Notes under the pieces: model-generated
Told to the model about the DNA's origin: nothing
Database searches by the model: none
Seen by the model: only the letters and a program-made list of their open reading frames with translations
Assembly: GCA_043228905.1 (NCBI GenBank)
Contig: JBHGNT010000017.1
Span: 6,882,001 to 6,946,000 of the forward strand
Reading direction: 5' to 3'
Source: Azolla caroliniana
Taxonomy: Eukaryota; Plantae; Polypodiophyta
DNA length: 64,000 bases
Made by a program: the position numbers and the translations under genes
Part shown: in pieces, positions 51,301 to 63,253 of the stretch
Numbering within the stretch: the stretch's first letter is position 1
Layout: the number at the start of each line of letters is the position of its first letter

Positions 51301-54300
51301 CTTTAGGATGTCTCTACCAACTCTTCTCTCTACTCGGGATTCTGCTTGTCAATCGGCCTCTCCTGGTTGGACAACTCCAACTCATATTCATCAATTGACC
51401 TTTGCAGCTCTACCGACTCTGACTCATAGTCAGTCGGTCTCTCCGAGTCGATCAACTCCGATTCGGCTCTATCGGCCAACTGTCTCCTTACACCTGTCGG
51501 TGACGACTCACTTGGCCTTAAGTCGATGGTAGTCGAGGTAGATTGGGAAGTCGATTCTGACTTTTGTTGCTTCCAGTCTTCAATCGTCTTATCTTCTAGA
51601 AAGACTACATCCCGACTTCTCACTACATTCTTGTCAATTAGGTCCCATAGCCTGTAGCTGAGCTCATCTTTCGAGTATCCCATGAATATGCATGCTTTCA
51701 ACTTACTATCAAGGTTTGACCTCTGATCTTTTGGTACATGCATATACCCCAAACATGCGAACACCCTCAGTTGTTGGTAGGAGACATCCTTCCCTGTCCA
51801 CACTCACTGTGGGACATCACCCTTTAATGGTACTAAAGGAGACCTATTGATTAGATAAACAGTTGTGTACATCGCCTCAGCCCAATACGATTTCGGTAGT
51901 TTTGCATGAGAGAGCATGCTCCTTACCCTCTCCATGATTGTTTGATTCATCCTCTCTGCAAGCCCATTCAACTCTGTGGTCTTTGGTACTGTGTATTCGA
52001 TCCGAATACCTTGGCACTTGCAATATTCCTCGAACTGCCCTCTGTACTCGCCACCGTTGTTAGTTCGAACAGCCTTCAGCTTCTGACCCGACTCTCTTTT
52101 AGCTCTAGCCTGGAACTCCTTGAAAACCGACAGTACTTGATCCTTCGACTTCAGTACGAAGGCCCATGTCTTCCGACTATAGTCGTCAATGAACGCCACA
52201 AAGTATTGTCCACCTCGATGCGATGGAGCATCCACATAGCACACATATCTCTCTTGCCGAGTCGGCTGCCACATTTACTTCCTATTTGAAGGACACTTAC
52301 ATCGACGCATTGTCGGATAGTGGCCACCGCCTTTCTATTCAAAAGCTTCCAGCCCAACTCCAATACCCCCCTGGGTAGATCTGCTCTGTCGACTGGCTTG
52401 TACAGGTCTTTCACGATGAGGAGGTCTTCCATCTTTATCTTCTAGTCTGCATAGTTCTGTGAGTTTAGAACTATCATACCTGGGAAACCGCTCACACCTC
52501 CTTCCATGCTTGCACCTCAAGCTCTGATACCAATTTGTTGAGAAATCATTCGGTCAAATCACAATAAACAAACTGTGCTGAAATACGAATCACAGATATG
52601 CCAGAAAACAGGACAACAATGGTGCACAGAGATTTAACGTGGAAACCCTAAAACGAGAGAAAACCACGGGAACAGGGCTTCACTATGTATAGTGGATATA
52701 CAACACAGAATGTTACAACACTCCTTCGAGTGTATCAGCCATGCAAGGCTCTTGGCGTCTGCTGTTACGCACACAACTATGGTGCCGCTCTCACTCACTC
52801 TCTGTCTCACACACTCTCACGCTACTTCTGTTCTACACACACATATGCAACGTTTTGCCCTAAGTATATTTATACTTATACACTGTATAGGCTATTTACA
52901 ATTGTAGTCACTGCTACATATCATTACTATTATTGCTGTAATAATAATAGTCGAACTATTAAACATTCGACTCTCTGTTTTCGACTGTCGGCTATTTTCG
53001 AAACAGTCGGCTCCTCATAGTTTTCGACTATTAGCTACTCATGGACAATCGGCTCCTCCTCCCACTGGAGAGACATATTCCCAACACAATGTTGGGGGTC
53101 ACATGGAATGTGGCACCGGAATCCAGTAGCCACGTGTGTGCATCCTGTGCACTGTAGAAGACTTCTCCAATCACTGAATCCTCTAAGGAGAGAAGTTCTC
53201 TTGATCGGGAGTCAGCAACGTTGATTTGGTTGCTGACTGGAGAGTGGTCTAAGTCGGGTCGTCCTCGATTCCACTTGGATGGCCGACCACTCTCTTTCCT
53301 CTTGATTGACTAACAATCGGAAACATTGTGGCCAGCTTTTCGGAAGTGTGTGCAGAATTCGCCTGATCAGCCGGTTGTCGATCTCCCCTCATTTATGATC
53401 GGTTGGTATTCTGACCGGTTCTATCAGCTTGTTCTCTCATACGACTGTCTGTCGAACGACTCGGTTGGGTGATGGGCTTCTGCCTATTCATCAATTGTAA
53501 GTCCCATCGATTTTCCCCGAATGTCCTCAGTGAGGACTTGGCTGATCGTCTCATCCAAATTTAAGATCGGTTGACTATTGGCGTACGTCGTACAGAATAC
53601 CTCCCAACTCGTCGGCAAGCTCGATGGAGGGCAAGGGTTTTCACTTGTTCTTCAACGTTGATCCCTTGTGAGGAGAGTTCTAACAACACCCGAATGAAGG
53701 TGTTGATGTGGGAGGTAGTTGGATCAGTCTCTCTCATCTTCATGTTGAACAATTGTTTGATCAAAATCAAACAATTTTGAAAATGAGGACTTTTTCTTGT
53801 ACACGGCTTGTAGTTTCTCCCATAGTGAGAACGATATCGTCTCTTTTGCCATGTTGAAGTAGACATTTTCGGCTAGGTGCATTCAAATGGTTGAACATGT
53901 GATTTCGTCTATTGATCTCCACTCATCGGTTCACATTGAAGCAGGCTTTTCGGAGTGCCGAATGGCCTCCACCTGTCTTCGAATAATTAGTACGTCCTGC
54001 ATCATCTCCTTCCATTGGGCAAAGTTTTTGTTGTCGAATTTTCAGATCTCAACTCTTGTACCAGATGTTGATGCCATGATTCTTTCAGAAGTGAGATTTA
54101 CTAACCTAGTTTTTTCTTTCAGCCTTTTCTGTTGTCTGTCACCATTGAACAACAGATCGCTCGGATACCGATTGAAGCGTAAGTGTATGCGGGAACATGC
54201 GAGGATCTGTCTTCGTCGTTACTCAGAAAACAACATAGAAAGAGAAGCAAAGATATACACATATTGAAGCTTTAATGGAAGCTCTATTACGTTCTCTATC

Positions 54301-54448
54301 TCACTCTCTCAGAGACTCAATATCCAATACATGGTGAAGAAGATTTTTTTTTACAACGTCAGGTTATTGCTTATATAATAAGCCCTAACTATGTGAACGA
54401 GTTCACACTAGGATACAAAGTGGAGGGAGTCGGCCTTTTATGCCAAAA
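45380..54448 (-). mobile_element. Ty1/copia element G, full-length degenerate, TSD CCTAT, interrupted by element H
   Basis: LTRs 45380-45655 and 54173-54448 (276 bp); PBS-like 54159-54170; PPT at 45656; gag, protease WLLDSGATFH, integrase RSDNGGEY, RT, RNase H. Confidence 0.92.
49082..53086 (-). mobile_element. Ty1/copia element H, internally deleted, TSD CAATG
   Basis: LTRs 49082-49624 and 52536-53086; perfect iMet PBS TGGTATCAGAGC (52521-52532 on the minus strand); PPT at 49625; gag N-terminus joined to integrase through filler at ~52215-52290; RT LLYVDDML; RNase H. Confidence 0.93.
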
Positions 54449-54462
54449 CCTATTTCTTAACA

Positions 54463-54582
54463 GGTTACAACAATGTTACTACACACACTCTCTCTCCTAC
54501 ACACTCTTAGTTACAGAGGCATCTATAAACAACTATTCAACATCTACAACTACCTGTAATGATTTGCCCTAGTTGTATTTAT
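54463..54582 (-). mobile_element. Older LTR fragment hosting element F, cut by the DNA transposon at 54583
   Basis: ggttacaa...acacact...ttgccctagttgtatttat resembles 45009-45132. Confidence 0.55.
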
Positions 54583-56855
54583 GGGTGGAAGCACGTTACG
54601 GTGTACCAGAAAAGTACTATTTTTTGCCACAAAAATTGTTAGTACTTTCGATACTGTTAGTACTGAATAATTCAGAAAAAAAAATCAAAGAAAAAAAATT
54701 TGATTTTGGAGAGTGGGGTGACTGTAGTACAAGTGTCATTTACTACAAGGAGTGGGGGGAACACGTGAGGAGATGTTCTTTCCATTTTGGGGGCTATTTT
54801 CCCCTCACGTCAATTTTGGCACTTCCCCTCACGTCGTTTTTGGCGGTTCACCTCATACTCTTCTTCCTCTATCCCTCTGAGCTCTTCGTCTCAGACATCC
54901 ATGTCACGTTTTTGCTTTTCCTCCAATCTAAGAGTTTTGTTAGGGTTTAGGGAGAAAATCTCAGACATCCATGTCAAGTTGGAGCTTTTGAGTTGAGGAT
55001 TTCTGGTTTTTTTAGGGTTTCTGTTTTTGTTAGGGTTTAGGTTGAGGAATAGAGACTATTCTGAGGCCTCTTATAACAGTCAATAATGACTTCTTCGACA
55101 ACGACTTTCTTACTTCCACCGATTGCAGTTTATGTCGTGGTGATTTGGGGCTTTTTCCATCGAGGCGAGGATCCTTCCACCGAATCCAGGCGGCATATCA
55201 TAAAGATTCAAGGTGCCCTCCACCATTGGAGGTTCCTTCCACTAAATCAAGGTGGCATATCACAAAGATTCAAGACGCCCTCCACCATTGGAGGTTCTTT
55301 CCAGCAAATCGAGGCGGCATATCACACAGAATCAACGCTCCCGCCACCATTGGAGGTTCCTTCCATCCAATTTTTTATTTTCAGGACTAAAATTTTTCAT
55401 TTCTTCATTTTTCAGTACTAAATTTTTAGATTTTACAATTGTCAAATTTGTACGTCGTGCTTCCACCATTGGAGGTTCCTTCCAGCAAATTGAGGCGGCA
55501 TATCACACTGAATCAATGCTCCCGCCACCATTGGAGGTTCCTTCCATCCATTTTTTTATTTTTAGGACTAAAATTTTTCATTTCTTCATTTTTCAATACT
55601 AAATTTTTAGATTTTACAATTGTCATATTTGATCTGTAATTCTAATGTTCGAAACGAATTATTTCTCACTTTGCAGGACACATTTAAAAACATTTGACTG
55701 TGTTTTCTTAGTGTAGTCTATATAACATTAACTACTCTCGCCGGACACTTAATTTTTTTGGATAAATCTAGTGACCAAATGGGGGTCCCCAACGAGAGTA
55801 AGTTGTCAAGTAACTCATGTATATCTGAAAGGACCAAGAGACGGGTGGTTCTTCACATAGTCCGTTATTTGGTAGAAATAACGAAGAAATTTAGCAAAGA
55901 GGATTGTAGGGATATTATATGTAGAGTGTTACACCGTTAACGTTTGAATGAAGACATGGAGAGAATAAAATTTAGGGACCAATGTGTTTCAGAAGAGATT
56001 GTAGAGTCTATGAAGTCATCTCTAGACTTAGTGAAAGGTGTAGAGAGCATAGACAAACTTGTTGCAAAGAGGGCAGCCTTACACATGGTTGTGAACGGTG
56101 CGAGAGAAAAAAAATATAGTGATACTAAAGTTGCCTTAGCCCTGGGTATTCAAAGAAGGAACTTGAGGAAACATCGCCGAAATATACACTCAAGCCAATT
56201 CAAGTGGCTGGGGTCGGCACGTAGACGACGATGTGATGCCTTATCTCAAGAGATTATTGAGAAAGTGGATTCATTTTGGGCCAAAAATACGCGTGTCTCA
56301 CCAAATAAGAAGGACGTGTGTAGACAATGAATAAGTCAGGGTAAGTACCAGATTCATCCTAGACACTTCTTGGAGATGACAGAGGTATTCCATTTTTTTA
56401 TATCAATTCACATTCCATAAATTTGTGTTTTGACCAAGTGTATATTAATGTTTGCTATATATATTGGTTGATCTAGGCTGAATTGTACATGAACTTTAAA
56501 GACCAACATCCAAGCTTGATTGTTGGATTCCGCAAGTTCCAAGGTTTGAAACCATTTTATGTTAGAAAATTAAATGAGAGGAATACATGTTGTTGTGTCT
56601 ACCACGTGAAGATGGACATGTTAAGGCTAGGAGTGAATGCAATGCATACTGATTCTAAGGGTATACACGGGGAATTATGTGTCTGCACTTGTGAGGTTTG
56701 TAGACCAAATGGGGAGGATAATAGGTGTAATGCACGAAACATGACTTATGCATCCGTTTCTGAGCTATGGAGGTCTTGTGTTTGTGAAAAAGAACCATCA
56801 TTGAGTGGCATCATCGTACATGTCTATTAAGAACATGATACAGAATGTTGAATCT
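54583..56855 (+). mobile_element. DNA transposon 5' fragment with a degenerate intron-containing Cys-rich transposase N-terminus (possibly Sola2-like)
   Basis: Sharp boundary ttat|GGGtgg; internal repeats 55150-55625; frame 55758-56384 spliced (gag|gtattc...ctag|gct, intron 56385-56476, phase 0) to LYMNFKDQHP..IVGFRKFQGLKPFYVRK...TCCCVYH...CVCTCEVC; truncated by LINE copy 3. Confidence 0.55.
55150..55625 (+). repeat. Nested tandem repeats (~62-bp ccaccattggaggttccttcca units and a 181-bp duplication)
   Basis: ccaccattggaggttc recurs at ~55220, 55282, 55344, 55463 and 55525. Confidence 0.88.
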
Positions 56856-56859
56856 TTAG

Positions 56860-59800
56860 ATGCTTGAATCTTTGTTTTCCCATGCACCAATCCTTCATGC
56901 TCAATAAAATATTGCATCATAGATATCCATGGTTGATCTTGTTGACATATATCTCGTAATAATGTAAATCTACGAGCCATCAAATGCCTTTCCAAATCCA
57001 ATATTGCTGCACCATCTAACCTTTTAGGAGTAGCCAAATGGTCCCATGAAATCCATGTAACTCCCATCATTTCTCCCTTTCGCCACAACATGAACCGAAT
57101 AGGTTGTAACATGCTTTGTAATGCCTTCTTAGTCCAAGGAAGTAAAGGCAAAAAATATGATAACATGGGTATCAAGATACATTGCACCACTTTGAGTCGT
57201 ACATGAAAGGGCCATAATTGAAACTTCCAATACATAAATTTGTCCCTCCATTTACTACCAATCCAATCAATCAATTGAACATTTGTAACATCAATGCCCA
57301 ATGGATAACCCAAATGTCGATAAATTGAACCTCGTGTAATCACTGACCCTCACCATCCCAAACATTCCAAATCACTCTCCGTACAAGAAATAAGGCGAGA
57401 CTTCCTCCAATTTATATACAACCCTGAAGCCAAAGCAAATTGATCCCAAACTTGCATACTCCTTTTAAGATTTTCTTTTGAGTCTTGTAAAAACGTAAAA
57501 GAATCATCTGCCAATGCTTGTGCCACCAATTGTCCACCAGAAGGAATATGCAAACCCACAATATCACCACTGGCCGCAAGATTTGACAACATTACTAACA
57601 AAGGATGTGTAACAATAGCAAATAACAATGGGCTTAGTGGACATCCTTGCCGCATGGATCTAGTAAGAAACACTTTCGGATTGACTCTGCCATTAAGCAT
57701 CACACGGGATGTTGCATTTTGCCCTAGCAAAAAGATAAGTCGACACATACGAGGACCAAACCCCATATTACACATCACACCTGAGAGGAAAGACCAATTA
57801 ACATGATCATATGCTTTTTCCAAATCTAATTGCACCATAACCATTTCTTGATGTGTATGTCGAGCATAATCAGTCGCCATTTGAACATTCAAAACATTAT
57901 GCAATATATTTCTACCTGTAATAAAACCATATTGAGATGGATGAATAAGTTGAGGTAAGAACTTCTTAAGTTTGTTGGATAATATCTTTGCAAACACTTT
58001 GTACAACCCTCCCATCAATGAAATAGGCCTCTATTGATGAAGTGACTCCCTTTGGTATCAATTTGATTAAGCCCACCTTCCTTCCAGCTCTCAGGCATGA
58101 AACCAGAATCCCAACATTGTTGAAACATTTGTGTGAAAGGACTCTTAAGCATGCTAGCATACTTCTTAAAAACTTCATTTGTAACACCGTCCCAGCCAGG
58201 GCTTTTACCATTTGTAAGGTGTAACAATACATTTTCCACCTTAGCTTCTTCAAAATCAGCATCCAATTCTTGACAAATATTTTATTCACAGCACTCCCAA
58301 TTACATTATAAAACTCTTGTCGTGCTTTCAAGACATCCTCATTAATAATCAACTCCGGCCCAATCAAATTCTTAAAATGAGTAATACATAACTCAATAAC
58401 CTTGACTGGGACTACAACAATGTCATCCCCTATCTTAATTTGTACCACATTTGAACGAGCATATGGTGGTCTTAATCCTTGAAAAAACATATGAGATTAT
58501 GATTTGACGTAGTCTTGTCTGTTGATAACTTTGACAAGATAAATTTTTCATAATGTCCTGTACTTGAACTTGAACATCCAAAAGCCCTTCATCATGTAGA
58601 TTATTCATCAATAGTACATTGCACTGCATAAGAATATATGAAAACTTACCAATCAATTTCTTACATCTTTTAGCATTAGTCATACCATACATACGATGAA
58701 TATCATTGATGTTTTGTAGTGTTGTATCCCATGCATGCCATCCTTTTGAAATAACTTGTTCGAAAACATGCCAAAAATTTGTTGCATATAGGCATCAAAT
58801 AAAGAATATAATATAAAGAAGAATTAAACCTCAAAGGAACTCGTTGAAGCAATTTTTTGTACATATCTACCCCATGTTTATTAAACTCAAAACATATGGG
58901 AAAATGATCCGATGTCACAACCTCTTGCATAATTGACATATTAAGCATCTCTGGCAAAACGGACTCATCATGCATAACATACATTCTATCTAACCTACTC
59001 CATGTTTCCTTGTATTGCATAGACTGAAATGTAAACCCAACCTCATCTTGATGCAACTATTTCCATACAACCAACTTCAAAACCTTTGATGCCAATTTGT
59101 CCCAAATTGCTTGCTCAGGAGAATCCATCAATGAGAATCATGAAGTAGATTGTGAAGCATCAACACACATATTAAAATCACCCATTAACAAACCAACACG
59201 TCCCACTAATAACCGTGGATACATTGAAGACCATAACTCAATGCGTTGATTAACATTATTGGGTGCATATATTCCTACCAACCATATCGAATCCTCAAAA
59301 TACTTTACTTCCATCACCAAAAAACGTCCATATGGATCATTATAGACTATATGTGGACAAAACGAATCACGAATAATCATGACAACCCCTGAATAATGAT
59401 GTGATAACTATCCTGCATAATATGCGGAATATCCATGCAAATGTAACATAGATCCTGTTAAATCATGACACGTATGTTCAACTACACATAAAACATCCCA
59501 ATCTTTATCAAATAAAGTTTTCCATAATATATATTTCTTTTGAGGAGAAGATGATGCCCCTCTCACATTCCATGATACCACTTTCATTTAACACCTTTGG
59601 TAAGAACTTGCTCTTTATGAGCAAGTGTATTCATGAATGTACTAACTACTTGTTCAAGAGCTGCATAAGGATTTGTGTGTACTACATTCCCTCCACCAAT
59701 ATTAGGGTTTTGTTGTCTAGCTCCATGAGAAAGAAGTCCTTGATTTAATTAAGGTCGTACCACCCCTCCTGAAGAATCGAATTGTAATTGGTTGGACAAT

Positions 59801-61229
59801 CTTTGATTTCACACTTATTTCTGCCAAGGACTTTTCTTAAACCCCTCCTTCAATCTCAAATTATCTTTTGGTAATGTCATACCATAAGTATTTTTTGATT
59901 CCCTTTGTATGGCAACACCCTTCCCTTTTATCTTATGCTTCACTTGATGCCACTCTCCATCTTTAACATTTGGGTCATCATTATTACATACTCCATTCTC
60001 CTTCCCAACACCTCTAACATGACCATGAACTTTAGGATCTCGCTCTAACCCATGAGATGTTCCCTCATCCATGACCATATCAACCATTGAGACAATATCC
60101 TTCTCAACATCTTCCTTATTTTTCCCTTTGACATTATTTTCTAGGGATAGTTCACCATGATATTGGCATTCAACCATAAAATGCCCCAATTTACCACATT
60201 TAAAACAATGTCCTGCAAAAGTTTCCCATTGAAGCTTAAAATGAAATCGACCAAATCGAGATGTATCAATACTCAACCATCCTAGAAGTTTACAACTTGT
60301 ATCCCATAACATGCAAAATCTACATTTGTTCAACGAATTAACATGAGGAGCAACCAAAACTTTACCAATTTGGGACATCAATCCTGGTAGTAAATCCCAA
60401 AAGAATGAGTTACTACAATCAACGGTCACCCAAATTGGAAATTGTTGTTTTAATAAATCTTTATAATACACCACTGGAACCCATTCCATCACATGCACTA
60501 ATCTTCTATCAAAAAAGATTGGTACCTTTGCCATCAAAGTCGTACGGTGTTTTGACGATCGAAAAACTACATCATAGAAACCTCTTGGACCCACATACAA
60601 ATCCTCAATACAATTAGGCATTATGAATGAAAATCAACCACTGCTTAATCCATGATACCAAAGGAAGTTTGCTAGTGAAATACAAAATAACACTACGATC
60701 ATAGAACCTGTCAAAAGTTGCTAACATAGAGTTGGTCTCCATCACCACCTCGACAACATCCCCCTCCACACAATCTTTAGCATCTTTCTCATTTTTTTCC
60801 ATAAAATCAGAATGCAAAGCCTTAAATAAATCACAACGACTGTCAATATCATAATCATCTCCAATAACATCTTTCCCACCAAGAATAGCAGCATATGATG
60901 TTTTCTCATGTTTTGTAGAATCAATACCCTTTTTCCTCTTGTAATTTTCATAATCATCATCACTACCACATCCATCAACAATCATCAACTCACTTCCTGT
61001 TGTTGTGTCAGCCATCCTAATAGAGATTAAGAGAACTAACCTGAGACGATGACAATTTTGCTTGTAGCTTCTTGTAACGATAATGAAGAGTAACGTCCAA
61101 ATAATCCTTGGAAAGCCCTCTAACTGAGGTTCGCAATGAGCCAAAAATCATAAAAAATGGAGTTCTGAGGACAAAGTTACATCAGAAACATGTTTCAACA
61201 CTATTCTTGAAACGTCATCGCGTTTTTCG

Positions 61230-61230
<1 letters not shown>
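56860..61230 (-). mobile_element. LINE copy 3 (related, diverged family): ORF1 with CCHC and ORF2 APE-RT, 3'-truncated; 5' end abuts (GA)n on its own strand
   Basis: ORF1 CFKCGKLGHFMVEC; ORF2 MKVVSWNVRG at 59587, GDFN, SDHFP, KSPGWDG, LDLEKAYD, QGCPLSPLLF, LADDS; (CT)n at 61231-61283 on the + strand. Confidence 0.92.
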
Positions 61231-61283
<53 letters not shown>

Positions 61284-61286
<3 letters not shown>

Positions 61287-62020
61287 TTTCCCCTCTTCCT
61301 TTTTTCTAAGTTCCCCCTCTCTCCAGTTCTATACCTCCCTTACTCTCCCCTTTTGTTTCCCATTTTTACCTTTATTGTTACCTTTATTGTTACCTTTTCA
61401 CCCCATTGTATTTTTCTAAACACCCACTATTACCCCTTAACATTAAACCCTCTTCCCCTCATTATATTTCCCCTTATTATATCGCCTTCTCTTCTCTCCT
61501 TCCCCTTTTCAATCATACCCATTAGCACACCTCCAATCCCCACTCCTTATTCTCATTTTTCTAAAGCCTCTCCTAAACCTCCCCACATAAACACCATCAA
61601 CCCCCAAAGGCCACTTAGTACTGATGAGCCCCATAGGGGGCGAAACTAGTTTGATCGTGGCCATTCCCATTTCTCCTATCTCATTGTAAACCCTATCTTA
61701 ATGAGGACTAGTTTCGTTTAATCCATCTCTCTCTCTCTCAAGCTTATGGGTATGTTTTTATCTCATTTAGTGTTTTATTCTTATGTAGAGTTTTTATTTA
61801 TTTATTTATTTTATTAATGTTTTGATCCCTCATCTCCCTCTCCCTCTCCCCTCCCTCTATCTCTTCTAATCCTCGCCTACACCAAGTTTTGTCTACGATT
61901 CGAGTGCGCTCAAATCGATCTTAGTGGTTTCATCTCCCTCTCGACTTATCTACAACCCACCGATGATTTCACCGTTCCACACTACTTGTACCGGCCGAAA
62001 GGTCAACAAAAACACATGAA
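61284..62020 (+). mobile_element. Non-coding hammerhead-bearing element, copy 2 (5' boundary uncertain)
   Basis: G-poor pyrimidine-rich leader, hammerhead at 61609-61662, T/C-rich spacer, 3' domain homologous to 27345-27466. Confidence 0.65.
61609..61662 (+). ncRNA. Type-I hammerhead ribozyme
   Basis: GGCCAC-ttagta CTGATGA GCCCC-atag-GGGGC GAAA C-ta-G TT tgatc-GTGGCC: full core, 5-bp stem II, palindromic stem III, stem I closed by GGCCAC/GTGGCC with an internal loop; predicted cleavage after GUU (61649-61651). Confidence 0.82.
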
Positions 62021-62354
62021 AATTTGTGGGAACCTTTTATTTATTTTCTGTTTTATTAGAAAATAAAACAAATACATTTAAGTTTTATATCTATTATAAA
62101 AATATTATTAGTGTGAGGTCCCCTTTTTAATGACAAATCAAAATATCAAATTTTGTGGGAGAGTAAAAAGTGGGGAATTAATGAACCTTTTATTTATTAT
62201 TTATTTAAAACAAATACTTTTAAGTTTTACATCTATTATATAAAAATATTATGAGTGCCATAGATCTTTTAATAATTTTAAGTTTGAAAACGAAGACGTT
62301 TGAAAAGGGAAAATAACGTGTTCCTTTTTATTTAATAAGTTTCATTTATTGTCA

Positions 62355-62730
62355 TTACAAATTTCCTCATCCTAATGGTATGTTGATATGCTATTGTTGT
62401 TTATGTCTTGGGTTCGATTACCAATTTTTTCCTCTCTTTCTCATTAGTGTTATGTCATAGAAATTTTTTATATTAATGTTATACTAGTTTTTTTTTCTTG
62501 TTATTATTAGAAATTAATTCAACGCAATGGTTAGTTGCCATGTTATTATTGCCTATGTCATGGGTTCAATTCTTAATTTTTCTCACATCCTCTCTTTCAT
62601 GTCATGGCCAAAATTTTATGTTAGTGTCATGTTCCTTTTTTTTTTTCTTTTTTTTCTTTCTTTGTTATTAGAAATTAGCTCACCCTAGTGGTAAGTTGTT
62701 ATGCTACTACTGCCCCTATGTCATGTTTTC
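62355..62730 (+). repeat. Three ~155-bp degenerate tandem units with tRNA-like heads (SINE-like)
   Basis: Units at ~62360, 62512 and 62672: a.ctca.cctagtggta.gttg...tatgtc.tgggttc.att...aatttt. Confidence 0.55.
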
Positions 62731-62859
62731 TTCATATTCTCAAATATATGTTTTATGAGTTTTTTAACGTTTGATTAGAATTTATAATGATATATTTTGA
62801 TTCAATCTCTATAGTTCATACTCATTTTTTTGTAAAGTTCTAAAGTGAGGATGATAGAG

Positions 62860-62980
62860 ATGTCTTGATTCTTAAGAAGCATCCCAAAAGTATGCATGTG
62901 ATACAATGCAAATATTGCAACCATACTTATGTTGGTGGTTCACAATGGATTAGAGTCCACTTATTGGGATTGAGAATGAA
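62860..62980 (+). mobile_element. BED zinc-finger relic (hAT-type transposase N-terminus)
   Basis: Translates to HVIQCKYCNHTYVGGSQWIRVHLLG, fitting the CxxC...GG..R...HL BED pattern. Confidence 0.55.
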
Positions 62981-63207
62981 TCAATATATAATATAGACCA
63001 TAGTCAATCCAATCCAACTTTGAGATGATTTACCATACACGTTTGATTGAATCATTTTCGAATGAGAATGCACGTATGGTTCACTCTATGTGTGTGTGTA
63101 TATATATATATATATGTATGTATATAATAGAGGAATTCATGGAGATGGAAAAGATCTGATTGCGTAAAGAAGATAAACCTCTGTTTTAAACAACAGGGAG
63201 CAAGGAG

Positions 63208-63253
63208 ATGGCCTTTCAGCAGAACAGGGGAGATGGAACTAATCACCCCGCCA
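63208..63253 (+). CDS. Possible first coding exon of an unidentified downstream gene (MAFQQNRGDGTNHPA)
   Basis: ATG followed by a consensus donor |GTAAGT and T-rich intron-like sequence; no homology recognised. Confidence 0.3.

Larger units (their letters stand above)
44030..54462 (-). mobile_element. Ty1/copia element F 5' part (gag 44030-44743, PBS 44775-44786, 5' LTR split into 44790-45379 and 54454-54462 by element G)
   Basis: Gag MFKLTGSNYSVWKSKMRDML...CGKLGYFQKN; degenerate iMet PBS; the LTR rejoins as tgttaagaaataggtctctctggatggg on the minus strand. Confidence 0.82.

Noticed and set aside
55150-55625. Regularly spaced ccaccattggaggttc repeats as a CRISPR array
   Set aside because: The intervening sequences are themselves homologous, so this is ordinary tandem duplication inside a transposon
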